The notes under the pieces were generated by a model that made no database searches, was not told where the DNA came from, and saw only the letters and a program-made list of their open reading frames with translations. This document shows positions 30,444 through 40,650 of a stretch of DNA of 64,000 nucleotides, piece by piece. This DNA comes from Candidatus Lustribacter sp. (lineage in GTDB: Bacteria; Vulcanimicrobiota; Vulcanimicrobiia; Vulcanimicrobiales; Vulcanimicrobiaceae). A program made the translations under genes and the position numbers. Location of the stretch: assembly GCA_965277805.1 (NCBI GenBank), contig OZ255842.1, positions 2,304,001-2,368,000 of the forward strand, in the 5' to 3' direction. Position 1 is the stretch's first letter. The number at the start of each line of letters is the position of its first letter.

Positions 30444-31280
30444 ATGACGTTCGCCCCGGCTTCCGCGGCAACTGAGTCAAAGGCCCAGGTGCCTTCCTTT
30501 TTGTTGCCGCGGCTGTGGACGTCGCCGGCATTCGTTTATGGAGCGGCCTCGGTCATCGTCGGACTGCTCTTGTGGGAAGGCATCTACCGCTTCTTCCACG
30601 TGAGCCCGCTCGTGCTCGCGCCGCCGAGTGCGGTCGCCGCCGAATTCGTGAAATTGTCCGCGCAGGGCACGCTCTGGAACGACATCGTCGTCAGCTCGAA
30701 GCAGTTTTTCCTCGGTTATATTCTGTCATCGGTTTTGGCGATCGGGCTCGGGCTGCTCCTCGGCATCAACGCTCGTTTCCGGTATATTGCCAACCCCTGG
30801 GTGCAAGCGCTCTACGCGACGCCGACCGTTTCGCTGGCACCGGTCTTCATCATTTGGCTCGGCTTCGGTCTTGTGTCGAAGGCGATGATCGTTGGCCTTT
30901 TGGTGTTCTTTCCGGTGCTCATCAACACCACCGAAGGCGTGCGCATGCTCGATTGGCACTACGTGGACGTGGCAGCCGCGTTCGGCAGCAACCGCCAGGA
31001 GTTTTTTTGGAAGGTCGTGCTGCCCGCAACCCAGCCGCACATCTTCACCGGCCTACGCCTCGCCGTAGCGCGCGGCATCATCGGTCTCGTCGTCGGCGAT
31101 CTCTTCGGTTCGACCGAAGGCCTCGGCTACCTGATCCTCAACGCCTCGCAAGTTTTCAACACGACGATCCTGTTCGTCGGCACGGTCGTACTTGCAGCGG
31201 GCGGCGTGTTACTGACCGAACTCCTGACCGTGATCGAACGCCTTGTGAGCCCGTGGTCGCGAGTCAACCATGAGCGCTAA
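30444..31280 (+). CDS. NitT/TauT-family ABC permease
   Basis: PPSAV, YATP.VSLAP.FIIWLGFG, INT..G, LPA..P.IFTGLRLA. Confidence 0.92.
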   Translation: MTFAPASAATESKAQVPSFLLPRLWTSPAFVYGAASVIVGLLLWEGIYRFFHVSPLVLAPPSAVAAEFVKLSAQGTLWNDIVVSSKQFFLGYILSSVLAIGLGLLLGINARFRYIANPWVQALYATPTVSLAPVFIIWLGFGLVSKAMIVGLLVFFPVLINTTEGVRMLDWHYVDVAAAFGSNRQEFFWKVVLPATQPHIFTGLRLAVARGIIGLVVGDLFGSTEGLGYLILNASQVFNTTILFVGTVVLAAGGVLLTELLTVIERLVSPWSRVNHER

Positions 31281-32061
31281 GCCGGCTCTGCTCACGTTCG
31301 CGTCGATTCGTAAGGAATTTCCGTTGCCCGCGGCCGGCTCGGTGGTGCTGGCGATCGAAAACGTTTCGTTCGAATTGCGCGCCGGGGAGTTCATCAGCGT
31401 CGTCGGACCATCGGGTTGCGGCAAGACCACGCTGCTGCGCATGGCGGCCGGCATGACGCAGCCGACCACGGGCACCCTGACGTTCGCCGGCGCCGAAAAG
31501 CGCGGGAGCACGGGCTTCGTCTTTCAGCATGCCAGTTTGTTTCCGTGGCGGACGGTCGAGCAGAACGTCTCCTACGGACTCGAACTGACGCAAAACCGCA
31601 GGCACGCCAACCTCTCACAATCGGCGAAGCAGTCGCGCGTGAACGAACTGCTGAATCTCGTCGGCCTCTCCGAGTTTGCCAAATTCTATCCGCCCGAAAT
31701 TTCCGGCGGCATGCAGCAGCGCTGCAACCTCGCCCGCGCCCTGGCAATCCAGCCGCAGCTGCTGTTGATGGACGAGCCGTTTAGCGCGCTCGACGCCCAA
31801 ACGCGGGAGGAACTGCAACTCGAACTGACGCGCATCGCCAGCGCCTTGGGAACGACGGTGCTCTTCATCACGCACGATATCCGCGAAGCGGCGTTCTTAT
31901 CCGACCGCGTCGTCGTATTATCGCACCGCCCCTCGCACGTGGTCGAGATCGTCGACGTTCCGACGCCCCGGCCGCGCGCGTTCGACTACCAAGTGAGCGC
32001 GGAGTTCAATCGGATCATGCGCCACCTCTTCGAATTGGTCCACGCACCGGCGGCCGCGTAA
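31270..32061 (+). CDS. NitT/TauT-family ABC ATP-binding protein
   Basis: [34 protein letters not shown]. Confidence 0.92.
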   Translation: MSAKPALLTFASIRKEFPLPAAGSVVLAIENVSFELRAGEFISVVGPSGCGKTTLLRMAAGMTQPTTGTLTFAGAEKRGSTGFVFQHASLFPWRTVEQNVSYGLELTQNRRHANLSQSAKQSRVNELLNLVGLSEFAKFYPPEISGGMQQRCNLARALAIQPQLLLMDEPFSALDAQTREELQLELTRIASALGTTVLFITHDIREAAFLSDRVVVLSHRPSHVVEIVDVPTPRPRAFDYQVSAEFNRIMRHLFELVHAPAAA

Positions 32062-32068
32062 GAGACGG

Positions 32069-32509
32069 CTAGGCCGTCCGCAGGTCGCGGCCGCGCACGT
32101 CCTCGGCACGATCGATTTTGATCAGCACGCCGATGCCGACGTCGGCGCCCGCATGGGTGGCTTCGCGTTCGGTCAAGCGGGCGAAGATCGCATCGTGGAC
32201 GCCGCCGCTTTCGTGCAGTTCGGCGACGCCGAAGAAGCGCAAGAATCCGGAATCCAGCTTGCCCGCCAACTGCGCTTGCATGTTGTTGTAAAACACGACG
32301 ACACGCTTGTCGTGCTGCAGGTTCTCGAGCGCCGTCCGCTTCGAGCGTTCCCAGTACGCGAGATGATCGTCGTCGAACAAGAACATGCTGCCCTTCGGGC
32401 TGATGTTCGGCCCGTTCTCGCCGGTCGTCCCGAGAAGCATCGGACAGCCGTCGTCAAACGCGTTTTTGAGATACGTGCGAATCACATCGCTAAAGCCCGT
32501 GCTTGCCAT
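32069..32509 (-). CDS. Pyridoxamine 5'-phosphate oxidase-like split-barrel protein
   Basis: PNISPKGS, LAYWERS....ENL, LRFFG.A. Confidence 0.75.
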   Translation of the reverse strand: MASTGFSDVIRTYLKNAFDDGCPMLLGTTGENGPNISPKGSMFLFDDDHLAYWERSKRTALENLQHDKRVVVFYNNMQAQLAGKLDSGFLRFFGVAELHESGGVHDAIFARLTEREATHAGADVGIGVLIKIDRAEDVRGRDLRTA

Positions 32510-32519
32510 CGCCTAGCCT

Positions 32520-33047
32520 TTAGATCAGGTAGCCGACGACTCCCGCGGCGAGGCACCACCAGATCGGACTGATATCGACGATCAGCGCGATGACCGTGAC
32601 GATCGCGGTCATCGCGAGCGGCATCAGGGTGTGGTCGATGGTCGCGGCAACGACGAGACCGCTCGCAATCCACAGCCCGCCGGTAATCGGCTTGAACGCC
32701 TGACGAAAGTTTGCCAGCCAGGCATTGCTATGGCGGTGCAGTAGGCGGCCCGCGATGAACGAGATCGTCACCGTCAAAACGAGAAACGCGAATAGCGCAA
32801 CGCAGGCGCCCAACCACGAAGCGATGCGAAATCCGATCAACGGAACGAGCAAGAAGTTGGGCCCGGGCGCGGCCTGCGCCACCGCGAGCAATTCGGTGAA
32901 CGACCGTTCGCTCAGCCAATGCGTCTGCTGCACGAACTCCGTATGCATCTGCGGGATGAGAATCTTCACCCCGCCGCCCACCGCGAAGAGCGAGAACAGC
33001 ATGAAATGTCCGGCCATCGCGAGCAAGACATGGAACTGCTGGGTCAT
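32520..33047 (-). CDS. Short-chain chromate ion transporter (CHR) subunit
   Basis: SLFAVGGG, WLS...F....AVAQAAPGPN; ATG at 33047. Confidence 0.85.
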   Translation of the reverse strand: MTQQFHVLLAMAGHFMLFSLFAVGGGVKILIPQMHTEFVQQTHWLSERSFTELLAVAQAAPGPNFLLVPLIGFRIASWLGACVALFAFLVLTVTISFIAGRLLHRHSNAWLANFRQAFKPITGGLWIASGLVVAATIDHTLMPLAMTAIVTVIALIVDISPIWWCLAAGVVGYLI

Positions 33048-33628
33048 GCGCGTGCTTTCGCGGTCAAACGCGTCTCGATCGCCATGCTCAGCACGAGCAT
33101 GATGATCATGGCGAGTGGAATGAACATGTGCAGACCCGCCACCAGCAGAATCCCGAGCGCGCCGATCGCCATGCGCGCCGCCCGCCAGACCGGACGCACG
33201 TCGGGCGCTTCGTTCCAGATCAACCCCATCACGCGCAACCCGTTGGAGATGAAAATTCCGGCAACGGCAGCCGTAACGGCAACTTCGGCGGTCGCGTAAT
33301 GCGGATTGCTCGCGGCCAACTGCGCTGAGAGCTGCAAGAGCCCGATCGCCAAGAGCAACGACGGCACGATGAGCCCGGCGAGTGACGCGATCACCCCGAG
33401 CGGCCCCGCAAAGCGGTCCCCGACGATCACGGCCAGGTTCACCGCCGTCGCCCCCGGCAAGGCTTGCGAAATCCCGAACTGCTCGGCCAGCTCGCCCTCG
33501 GTCAGCCACTTTCGCTGCTTCACGAGCACGTGCCGGATCGGCCCCGCCGCCCCGCCGACGCTCGTCAGCCCAATCGTCATATGGCCGACGGCAAGATCCA
33601 GCAGCCCCGGTTTGGTCGAATCGCTCAC
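33044..33628 (-). CDS. Short-chain chromate ion transporter (CHR) subunit
   Basis: GLTSVGG, V..RKWL, SQALPG...VNL...VG.RF.G. Confidence 0.85.
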   Translation of the reverse strand: MSDSTKPGLLDLAVGHMTIGLTSVGGAAGPIRHVLVKQRKWLTEGELAEQFGISQALPGATAVNLAVIVGDRFAGPLGVIASLAGLIVPSLLLAIGLLQLSAQLAASNPHYATAEVAVTAAVAGIFISNGLRVMGLIWNEAPDVRPVWRAARMAIGALGILLVAGLHMFIPLAMIIMLVLSMAIETRLTAKARA

Positions 33629-33656
33629 TGTCGCGCCCTACGCCCCCACGCCCCAT

Positions 33657-33700
33657 TGTCATCCCGAGCAGCGCCGCAGGCGCGTCGTCCAGGGACCGCC
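33657..33700 (+). repeat. REP-like intergenic repeat, copy 1
   Basis: TGTCATCCCGAGCAGCGCCGCAGGCGCGTCGTCCAGGGACCGCC; internal hairpin GCGCC-GCA-GGCGC. Confidence 0.65.
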
Positions 33701-33723
33701 ACCATCGGCATGCAGGACTATAA

Positions 33724-33746
33724 CGATATATCGAGAACTATCTCGA
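33724..33746. promoter_or_regulatory. Overlapping palindromes upstream of the MFS gene (putative repressor site)
   Basis: CGATATATCG (33724-33733) and TCGAGA-ACTA-TCTCGA (33731-33746) just before the GTG at 33748. Confidence 0.45.
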
Positions 33747-33747
33747 C

Positions 33748-35157
33748 GTGACGTTTTCTGAGTCCCGAGCCCGCCGCATCGCCCTGCTCGTCGCAGCCGC
33801 CATGTTCATGAACTTGCTGGACGGGAGCGTCATCGCCACCGCGCTGCCATCGATGGCCCGAGCCTTCGGAACGAGCGCGGTCAACCTGAACATTGGAATC
33901 ACCGCATACCTGCTCGCCGTTGCAGTTTGCATCCCGGCTAGCGGCTGGATCGCCGAACGCTTCGGCGCGCGACTCGTCTTCGGCAGCGCCATCGGCATCT
34001 TCGTTGCCGCCTCGGTCGTCTGCGGTTTCGCACGCACCTTGCCGGTCTTCGTCGCCGCGCGCATCATTCAAGCCGTCGGCGGCGCGCTCATGACCCCGGT
34101 CGGCCGCCTCGTCGTCCTCAAGACGACCCCCAAGCACGGCTTACTGCGCGCGATGTCGATGATGGTCTGGCCGGCGCTCGTCGCGCCGATCCTCGGCCCT
34201 GCGGTCGGCGGCTACATCACGACGTACTTCGGCTGGCCCTGGATCTTCTTCCTCAACATCCCGCTCGGCGTCGCCGCTATCGCCTGCGCGATCGTCCTCT
34301 TCCCCGACGATCGTCCCGAAGGCCAACAGCCCTTCGACGCGCTCGGCTTTGCCCTCGTCGGTGCCGCGTGCTTTACGCTCATGTTCGGCGTCGACCTGAT
34401 CGGCCAACCCAATACGTCACCCGCGTTCATGATCGGTCTGATCGTCGCCGGTGCGTGTCTGATCACGCTCGCAATACGTCATTTGCTCACCGCGCCGAAC
34501 CCGCTCTTGCAACTCACGGCCTTTCGCATCCCCACGTTTTCCGTGAGCATGGTCGGCGGTTCCGTCAGCCGCCTCGCAATCGGTGCCACGCCGTTTCTGC
34601 TGCCGCTGATGTTTCAGATCGGCTTCGGATTGAGCGCTGCCGCCTCGGGCCTCCTAGTGCTGTGGCTATTCGCCGGCAACCTCGGCATGAAATCGGTCAC
34701 GACGCCGCTCCTGCGCCGCTTCGGCTTTCGCAGCATCCTCATCTGGAACGGCTTGGTGACGGCGACGTCGATTCTCGTCTGCAGCGCCCTCATGCCGCAA
34801 ACGCCGGTCGCAATCATCGTCGCCGTTCTTTTCCTCGGCGGCGCCGCACGTTCGCTGCAGTTCACCGCCTTCTCATCGATACAATTCGCCGACGTCCCGC
34901 CGCAACAGATGAACGGCGCCAACACCCTCTCCGCAACCATGATGCAGCTGAGCTCCGGTATCAGCGTCGCACTCGGCGCGCTGGTCTTGCGCGGCAGCAG
35001 CTTTGTTCACGGCCACCTCGGGGCGGTCCCCACCATCGCCGACTTCCACCTCGCCTTCATCGTCGTCGCCGTCGTGGCCGCCCTCTCCGTCCTCGACGTC
35101 ATCAAACTCCCCCACGACGCCGCCCACGCCATCAGCCGCCCCGTAGCCCCCGCATAA
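33748..35157 (+). CDS. MFS transporter, DHA2 (14-TM) efflux type
   Basis: FM..LD..VIATALP, SGW.AERFG, R..Q..GGA.M.PVGR, GP..GG.I...W.WIFFLN.P. Confidence 0.9.
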   Translation: MTFSESRARRIALLVAAAMFMNLLDGSVIATALPSMARAFGTSAVNLNIGITAYLLAVAVCIPASGWIAERFGARLVFGSAIGIFVAASVVCGFARTLPVFVAARIIQAVGGALMTPVGRLVVLKTTPKHGLLRAMSMMVWPALVAPILGPAVGGYITTYFGWPWIFFLNIPLGVAAIACAIVLFPDDRPEGQQPFDALGFALVGAACFTLMFGVDLIGQPNTSPAFMIGLIVAGACLITLAIRHLLTAPNPLLQLTAFRIPTFSVSMVGGSVSRLAIGATPFLLPLMFQIGFGLSAAASGLLVLWLFAGNLGMKSVTTPLLRRFGFRSILIWNGLVTATSILVCSALMPQTPVAIIVAVLFLGGAARSLQFTAFSSIQFADVPPQQMNGANTLSATMMQLSSGISVALGALVLRGSSFVHGHLGAVPTIADFHLAFIVVAVVAALSVLDVIKLPHDAAHAISRPVAPA

Positions 35158-35166
35158 CCTGCCGCA

Positions 35167-35215
35167 TGTCATTCCGAGCGAAGTGCCGCAGGCACGTAGA
35201 CGAGGAGCTCGCGCC
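35167..35215 (+). repeat. REP-like intergenic repeat, copy 2
   Basis: TGTCATTCCGAGCGAAGTGCCGCAGGCACGTAGACGAGGAGCTCGCGCC; hairpin GTGCC-GCA-GGCAC. Confidence 0.7.
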
Positions 35216-35254
35216 TTCGCGCTCGCACTCAATAACCACGATCGTGGCGGGTCG

Positions 35255-36217
35255 CTACGCTTTAGGGCACCACTCTCGATCCATCAGTTTGGCGCCGCTC
35301 GTCCCCAGCGTCGTCAATCTTCCTTGGTCGTGCAGCATGCGCACCACGGAATCGAGGCCCTTTCCGTTGACGCAGCCATCGTCCGGAAACACATGCGCCT
35401 TCGTGACGTAATAGTCGTACGACGCCGTGGCCGGGCCGATCGGCAGCTTCGTCTCCGCCATCAGGATCGCGATCGCCTTATCCTTGTTCGCCGGGGTACG
35501 AAGCCACTTGATCGAGTTCGAACGCGCAATCAAAAATTTGCGCAACACGTCGGCATGCGATTGGGCCCACGAACGGTTGACCGCAATGACGCTCAACGTG
35601 AGGTTCGGAAAGTAATCCGGCGTAAACGCGAGTGCGTTGTACCCGCGCGAGATGAGATCCGCATCGGCCGGCAGCGCGAAAAACCCGCCTTGGATCGCGC
35701 CCCCGATGATCGCCGCATAGCGCTGATTTTGTCCGGGCCCATAGAGAAACTGCACGTCGGTATCCGGATTCAGTCCGTTCTTCTTCAAGATCTGCTGCAT
35801 CACGGTCGTGTAGATGTCGGTCGGATCGGCAAGCGCGATCGTCTTGCCCTTGAGATCCTTGAACGTCTTGATCGCCGGCGGCGTGATGAAGTGATAGGGG
35901 ATGTTATCCGCGCCCACCGCAACCGCAACCACGTTCGCCCCCTTGTCGACCGCAAGCGCGAGCCCGGTCGCGTTCGGCAAACCGATCTCGACCGATCCGC
36001 CGAGCAGCGCGCCGATCATCGCTTCGGGCTGGCTCATCACGATCTCCACCTCGAGGCCTTGCGCTTCGTTGAAGCCCTCGGCTTTCGCGATGAAGTCCGG
36101 CCATTGCACGGCGGTCAACGAATTTATCGCCTCATGGATGTGGAGCAGGTCCGCCGCGCCCGCATTGAGCGGCGCAAAGCAGAGCGACATTCCCAGGAGC
36201 AGCGCGAGAATTCTCAT
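35255..36217 (-). CDS. NitT/TauT-family substrate-binding protein (GQNQR/2-Cys subfamily)
   Basis: Sec-type signal, DLKGKTIA, YGPGQNQRYAA, LAFTPDY, terminal DREWC. Confidence 0.85.
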   Translation of the reverse strand: MRILALLLGMSLCFAPLNAGAADLLHIHEAINSLTAVQWPDFIAKAEGFNEAQGLEVEIVMSQPEAMIGALLGGSVEIGLPNATGLALAVDKGANVVAVAVGADNIPYHFITPPAIKTFKDLKGKTIALADPTDIYTTVMQQILKKNGLNPDTDVQFLYGPGQNQRYAAIIGGAIQGGFFALPADADLISRGYNALAFTPDYFPNLTLSVIAVNRSWAQSHADVLRKFLIARSNSIKWLRTPANKDKAIAILMAETKLPIGPATASYDYYVTKAHVFPDDGCVNGKGLDSVVRMLHDQGRLTTLGTSGAKLMDREWCPKA

Positions 36218-36309
36218 GCGCGAGCAATCGGCGACGAGCGTTCGTTAGGCCTGCCGATCGCGCCACCGGCATCAAGGGACGTCCGCTCGGGCGCACAAAT
36301 ACGGCACGC

Positions 36310-37725
36310 TTGACGCTCACGAGCGTATCCGCGCCGCGCCGCCCCACCTTGATCGCGTTGATCGTGTCGTTTGCGTTCTTCATGCAACAGCTCGACAGTA
36401 CGGTCATCGCGACCGCGCTGCCGCAGATGGCGCGCACGTTCGGCGAGACACCGGTCAGCGTGAGCTCGGGCATCACGGCGTATCTGCTCACGCTCGCGGT
36501 ATTCATTCCGAGCAGCAGCTGGGCTGCCGACCGGTTCGGTTCGAAGACGATCTTCGCCGGCGCGATTCTCGTGTTCACGTTCGGCTCGGTGCTCTGCGGC
36601 ATTTCGAACTCACTGCCGGAATTCGTCGGCGCGCGCATCTTGCAAGCCATCGGCGGTGCGATGATGCTGCCCGTCGGCCGCCTGGCCGTGCTGCGCACCG
36701 CAGAAAAACACGAGCTGCTACGCACGATGCAGTACATCACGGTCCCGGGCTTAGTCGCGCCGGTGCTCGGTCCACCGCTGGGCGGCTTCATCACGACCTA
36801 CGCGTCGTGGCGCTGGATTTTCTTTTTGAACATTCCGATCGGTCTGATCGGCTTCACCCTCGTCTGCATCTTCATGACGAACTACCGGCCCGACGAACAG
36901 CGTCCGTTCGACGCCTACGGTTTCGTGCTCAGTGGCGTCGGGCTCTCCGCGGCCATGTACGGCTTCACCCTCCTCGGCCGGGAGGATGGGAATTGGCTGC
37001 TGACGGCCGTTTTTCTGATCTTCGGCGTCATCGTCGTCGGGCTCGCGATCCGTCACGGTCAACGCCACCCGACACCGCTGGTCGACCTCTCCGCATTCCG
37101 CGTTCCGACCTTCGTGCTCTCGACGCTTACGGCCGGCGCGCTCTACCGCATGATCATCGGCGCGACGCCCTACCTCTGGCCGTTGATGTTTCAAATCGCG
37201 TTCGGGCACACGGCGTTCGTGTCGGGCTTGCTCGTAATGGCCTGCACGGGCGGCGATTTCAGCGCCCAGCTCTTCGTCCGTCCCGTGATCCGGCGTTTCG
37301 GCTTCCGCCCGGCCATGCTCGCCGGCGGCTTCTGCACGACCGTGCTCATCTTCGCCTGCGCCTTCTTCAACCAGGGCACGCCGCTGTTCTTGATCGCGAT
37401 CGTGTTGCTGCTGATCGGAATGTTCCGCTCGATGCAGTTCACGTCGATGAACACGCTGACCTACAGCGACATCGAACCCGAATACATGAGTGCCGCAAGC
37501 ACGCTCTCCAGCACGATTCAACAACTCGCGGTCGGTATGGGCGTCGCGTTCGGCGCGTTCGCACTCAACAGCATCGCCTTCAGCACCGGCGGCGCAGGGC
37601 ACGGCTTGACGACCAGCGACTTCCAACTCACGTTCGTCGCGGTCGGCGCCCTCGGCATCGTGTCCACGCTGCTGTTCCTGCGATTGCCGCCCGGAGCGGG
37701 CATGCACATGATGCGGCGCCCGTAA
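36310..37725 (+). CDS. MFS transporter, DHA2 type (paralog of 33748..35157)
   Basis: FMQQLDSTVIATALP, ADRFG, GGAMMLPVGR, WRWIFFLNIP. Confidence 0.9.
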   Translation: MTLTSVSAPRRPTLIALIVSFAFFMQQLDSTVIATALPQMARTFGETPVSVSSGITAYLLTLAVFIPSSSWAADRFGSKTIFAGAILVFTFGSVLCGISNSLPEFVGARILQAIGGAMMLPVGRLAVLRTAEKHELLRTMQYITVPGLVAPVLGPPLGGFITTYASWRWIFFLNIPIGLIGFTLVCIFMTNYRPDEQRPFDAYGFVLSGVGLSAAMYGFTLLGREDGNWLLTAVFLIFGVIVVGLAIRHGQRHPTPLVDLSAFRVPTFVLSTLTAGALYRMIIGATPYLWPLMFQIAFGHTAFVSGLLVMACTGGDFSAQLFVRPVIRRFGFRPAMLAGGFCTTVLIFACAFFNQGTPLFLIAIVLLLIGMFRSMQFTSMNTLTYSDIEPEYMSAASTLSSTIQQLAVGMGVAFGAFALNSIAFSTGGAGHGLTTSDFQLTFVAVGALGIVSTLLFLRLPPGAGMHMMRRP

Positions 37726-37742
37726 CCGCGAAGCAGGCGCGC

Positions 37743-38633
37743 ATGCTCCTGAATCCGATGGATTTGCAAATCCTCGTGCGTTTGCGCGACGGGATGACGC
37801 AAGCTCAAATCGGAAACGAGCTCGGGATCGAGCAGCCGGCGGTGAGCAAATCCGTGCGCGCGGCTGAGGCGCGGTTGGGTATGGCGCTCGTGCAGACATC
37901 GGGGCGGCGAATCTCGCTCACCAGCGTGGGCCGCGAACTCGCGCAAGCCGGCACGCGCGTGCTGCTGCAATTGCAATCGGTCGACGATCTGGTCGAGTCG
38001 CTGCGTGCCGGGCGGTCCGGGCACACGCGCATCATCGCCTCGAGCACGCCGGGAACCTACGTGCTGCCGAAGATGATCGCCGGGTTTCTGCAAGCGCACC
38101 CCGATGCGCAAATCGATATCGACGTGATCCCGATGATGCACATCTGGGATGCGTTCGTCTCGGGCGGTTACGATCTCGCATTTGCGCCCCGGCTGCCGTT
38201 CACCGGCGCCGTCAGCCTCGAACCCGCCTACGTCGATCCGGTGCTCTTCTTCACCGCGCCCGCGCACCGGCTGGCCGGCCGCCCGAGCGTAACCATGGAC
38301 GATCTGCGCGAGGAGCAGCTGGTCGGGAAATTCACCGAAGACTACTGGGGCCACATCTACTACGATCTGCGCCAGCACGGCAACACGTTTGCGAAGACGA
38401 TCGACCTGAATTCGGCCGAAGCGGTGAAGCGCATCGTCGCTTCGGGTGTGGGCGTCGGGATGCTCTTCGCATCGTCGCTGGAAGCCGAAGCGGAGCGCGG
38501 TCTGCTCGTGCCCTTGCAGATCGCCGAGCCGCATTACCAGCAGAGTTATTTTTTCGTCCGGCCGCAATCGGGTTCATCACCGCTCGCCGATGCGCTGTGT
38601 GCCTACCTGAAGTCGCGTTGGAGCTTGCCGTGA
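37743..38633 (+). CDS. LysR family regulator
   Basis: QPAVSK..E..LG, LT..G, ASSTPGTYVLP, EAVK..V..G.GV; ATG at 37743. Confidence 0.85.
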   Translation: MLLNPMDLQILVRLRDGMTQAQIGNELGIEQPAVSKSVRAAEARLGMALVQTSGRRISLTSVGRELAQAGTRVLLQLQSVDDLVESLRAGRSGHTRIIASSTPGTYVLPKMIAGFLQAHPDAQIDIDVIPMMHIWDAFVSGGYDLAFAPRLPFTGAVSLEPAYVDPVLFFTAPAHRLAGRPSVTMDDLREEQLVGKFTEDYWGHIYYDLRQHGNTFAKTIDLNSAEAVKRIVASGVGVGMLFASSLEAEAERGLLVPLQIAEPHYQQSYFFVRPQSGSSPLADALCAYLKSRWSLP

Positions 38634-39607
38634 GCGAGTTCTCCGGACTCGGTATTTTCGGCGGACGTAAGGCGATCCCGGCCGTGCTGTCGGTAGCGGA
38701 ACTCACCATCATCCGCGGCATCGCCTCGGGCAAGACGCAGATCGAAATCGGTGAAGAGGTGCACCTCGAGCAATCGACGATCAGCAAGACGATCAAAGGC
38801 ATCGAGGAACGGGTCGGTTTTGCGATCGTGACCGTCAGCGGCCGCCGGCTCCGCTTGAGCGAGGCGGGCAGCGAACTCGCCGGCGCCGCCGATCGCGTCC
38901 TCGGCGCGATCGCGGATCTGGATGACTTCGCGCTCGAACTGAAAGCCGGCCGCGCGGGCAGCGTGCGCTTCATCGCGTCGAGTACGCCGGGAAGCTACGT
39001 GCTGCCGCGCATCGTCGCCGAATTTCTCGCCGAGCGGGAGCACGTTTCTATCGATATGGAAATCGTGCCGATATCGAACCTGCGCAGCACCTTCGATAGC
39101 GACCGCTTCGACTTCGCCATCGGGCCCGCAATCGGATTGCCGCCCGAGCTGAAAGCGGAGCATCTGTACAGCGAGCCGGTGGTCTTCTTCGCCGCACGCG
39201 GTGCCGCCATTGCCGCGCGCAAGAGCGTGAGCCTCGCGGATCTGGCGCATGAGACGCTGGTCGGCAAATTCGTCGATAGCCATTGGCGGCGGATTTTCCA
39301 CGAGCTCGAAGCGCGCGGCTTCCAAGCGCAGCGCAAGATCATGGTCATCCCGCCCGAGGCCGTGAAAGCGATGGTCGCACAGGGTCTCGGGGTCGGCGTG
39401 CTCTTCGAATCGTCAATCAGAGCCGAATTGGACGACGGGAGTTTGATCCGGCTGCCGGTGGCCGCGCCGCCGTTACTCGAGGAGTTCTGGATTGCCGGCG
39501 GCCGGGGCGAAACGCTCTCGCCGGTTGCGGCGGCGTTCGTGGAGTACATGCGGGCGCGGTTGACATATGAGCCCCCGGAATACGAGCGACGCCAGCCGGA
39601 ATTGTAG
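38630..39607 (+). CDS. LysR family regulator (tandem paralog)
   Basis: QSTISK..EERVG, ASSTPGSYVLP, EAVK.MV..GLGV; GTG at 38630 overlaps the upstream TGA; start uncertain. Confidence 0.85.
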   Translation: MSEFSGLGIFGGRKAIPAVLSVAELTIIRGIASGKTQIEIGEEVHLEQSTISKTIKGIEERVGFAIVTVSGRRLRLSEAGSELAGAADRVLGAIADLDDFALELKAGRAGSVRFIASSTPGSYVLPRIVAEFLAEREHVSIDMEIVPISNLRSTFDSDRFDFAIGPAIGLPPELKAEHLYSEPVVFFAARGAAIAARKSVSLADLAHETLVGKFVDSHWRRIFHELEARGFQAQRKIMVIPPEAVKAMVAQGLGVGVLFESSIRAELDDGSLIRLPVAAPPLLEEFWIAGGRGETLSPVAAAFVEYMRARLTYEPPEYERRQPEL

Positions 39608-39693
39608 TTTCCGAATCGGGGGCTTATCGTTACGGAGACCGTCGCTACGACCATGAGGGACTGGCTATCAAACGATTTTCGATTGCCCTGCCG

Positions 39694-40650
39694 TTGCACG
39701 CTTTACTGGTCACGGCGCTCGTCGTGTGCGGTGCGTCCGCCGGCCGGTCGCAATCGAGCGACAAAATCGTCGTGAAGGAATCCTACCCCTCGAAAGTCGC
39801 CTCGTTTTGGCCCAACTACGTCGCCTCATCGCAGGGCTTCTACGCCAAAGAGGGGCTCGACGTCCAAGATATCATCGTCGATCCGAACGTCACCGTATCG
39901 ACGCTGATCGGAAACTCCGTCGATATGTCCTACGCCGACTCGACGCAGCTGCTGCTGGCGCTCCAAAAGGGGGCCGCCCTCGTAGCGGTCGGCTTGCAAA
40001 CCGAACGCAACCCCTACAGCTTGATGAGCTCGCCGTCGGTGAAGACGCTCGCGGATTTGAAGGGCAAGCGCATCGGCGCGGCCAGCGAGATCGACGTCTA
40101 CACCTACGTCATCAAGCAGATTTTGCGCAAGGCCAAAATCGATCCCGACAAGGACGTCGATTTCATCTACGGCGGCGGTCAAAATCAGCGCCTCACCGCA
40201 GCGGTCGGCGGCGCGATCCAAGCCGGGCTGTTCAGCCCGCCTTCGGATGCGAAGCTGCGCGACCTCGGCTTCAACACGCTCGCATTTGCGCCGGACTACG
40301 CGCCGAACCTGACGCTGAGCATGGAGACGGTGCGCAAAGACTTCACCGAGCAGCACCCCGATGTGCTGCGGAAGATCTTGCACGCGCAATTGGAAGCGGT
40401 CAAATGGCTGAACAACCCGGCCAATAAAGCCCAAGCGCTGCAGATCTTGGAAACGCAGACCGGCGCGAACCCGGCGGATGCCGGTCAAGCCTACGACTAC
40501 TACATCGGCAAACACATCTGGTCGGACGCCTGCATTCACACGCGCGGGATGATTGCCGTTTCCGACATCTTGCACACGACTGGACAACTGACGACGCTGA
40601 CGTCGCAAGACGTCCCGAAGTATGCCGACACGAGGTTCTGCTCGAAATGA
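39694..40650 (+). CDS. NitT/TauT-family substrate-binding protein (GQNQR/2-Cys subfamily)
   Basis: GFY.KEGLDV, DLKGKRIG, YGGGQNQR, LAFAPDY, DTRFCSK. Confidence 0.85.
   Translation: MHALLVTALVVCGASAGRSQSSDKIVVKESYPSKVASFWPNYVASSQGFYAKEGLDVQDIIVDPNVTVSTLIGNSVDMSYADSTQLLLALQKGAALVAVGLQTERNPYSLMSSPSVKTLADLKGKRIGAASEIDVYTYVIKQILRKAKIDPDKDVDFIYGGGQNQRLTAAVGGAIQAGLFSPPSDAKLRDLGFNTLAFAPDYAPNLTLSMETVRKDFTEQHPDVLRKILHAQLEAVKWLNNPANKAQALQILETQTGANPADAGQAYDYYIGKHIWSDACIHTRGMIAVSDILHTTGQLTTLTSQDVPKYADTRFCSK

Noticed and set aside
32520-33628. Split chromate transporter as a broken gene
   Set aside because: Paired short-chain CHR genes are a known normal arrangement, and both halves have intact motifs
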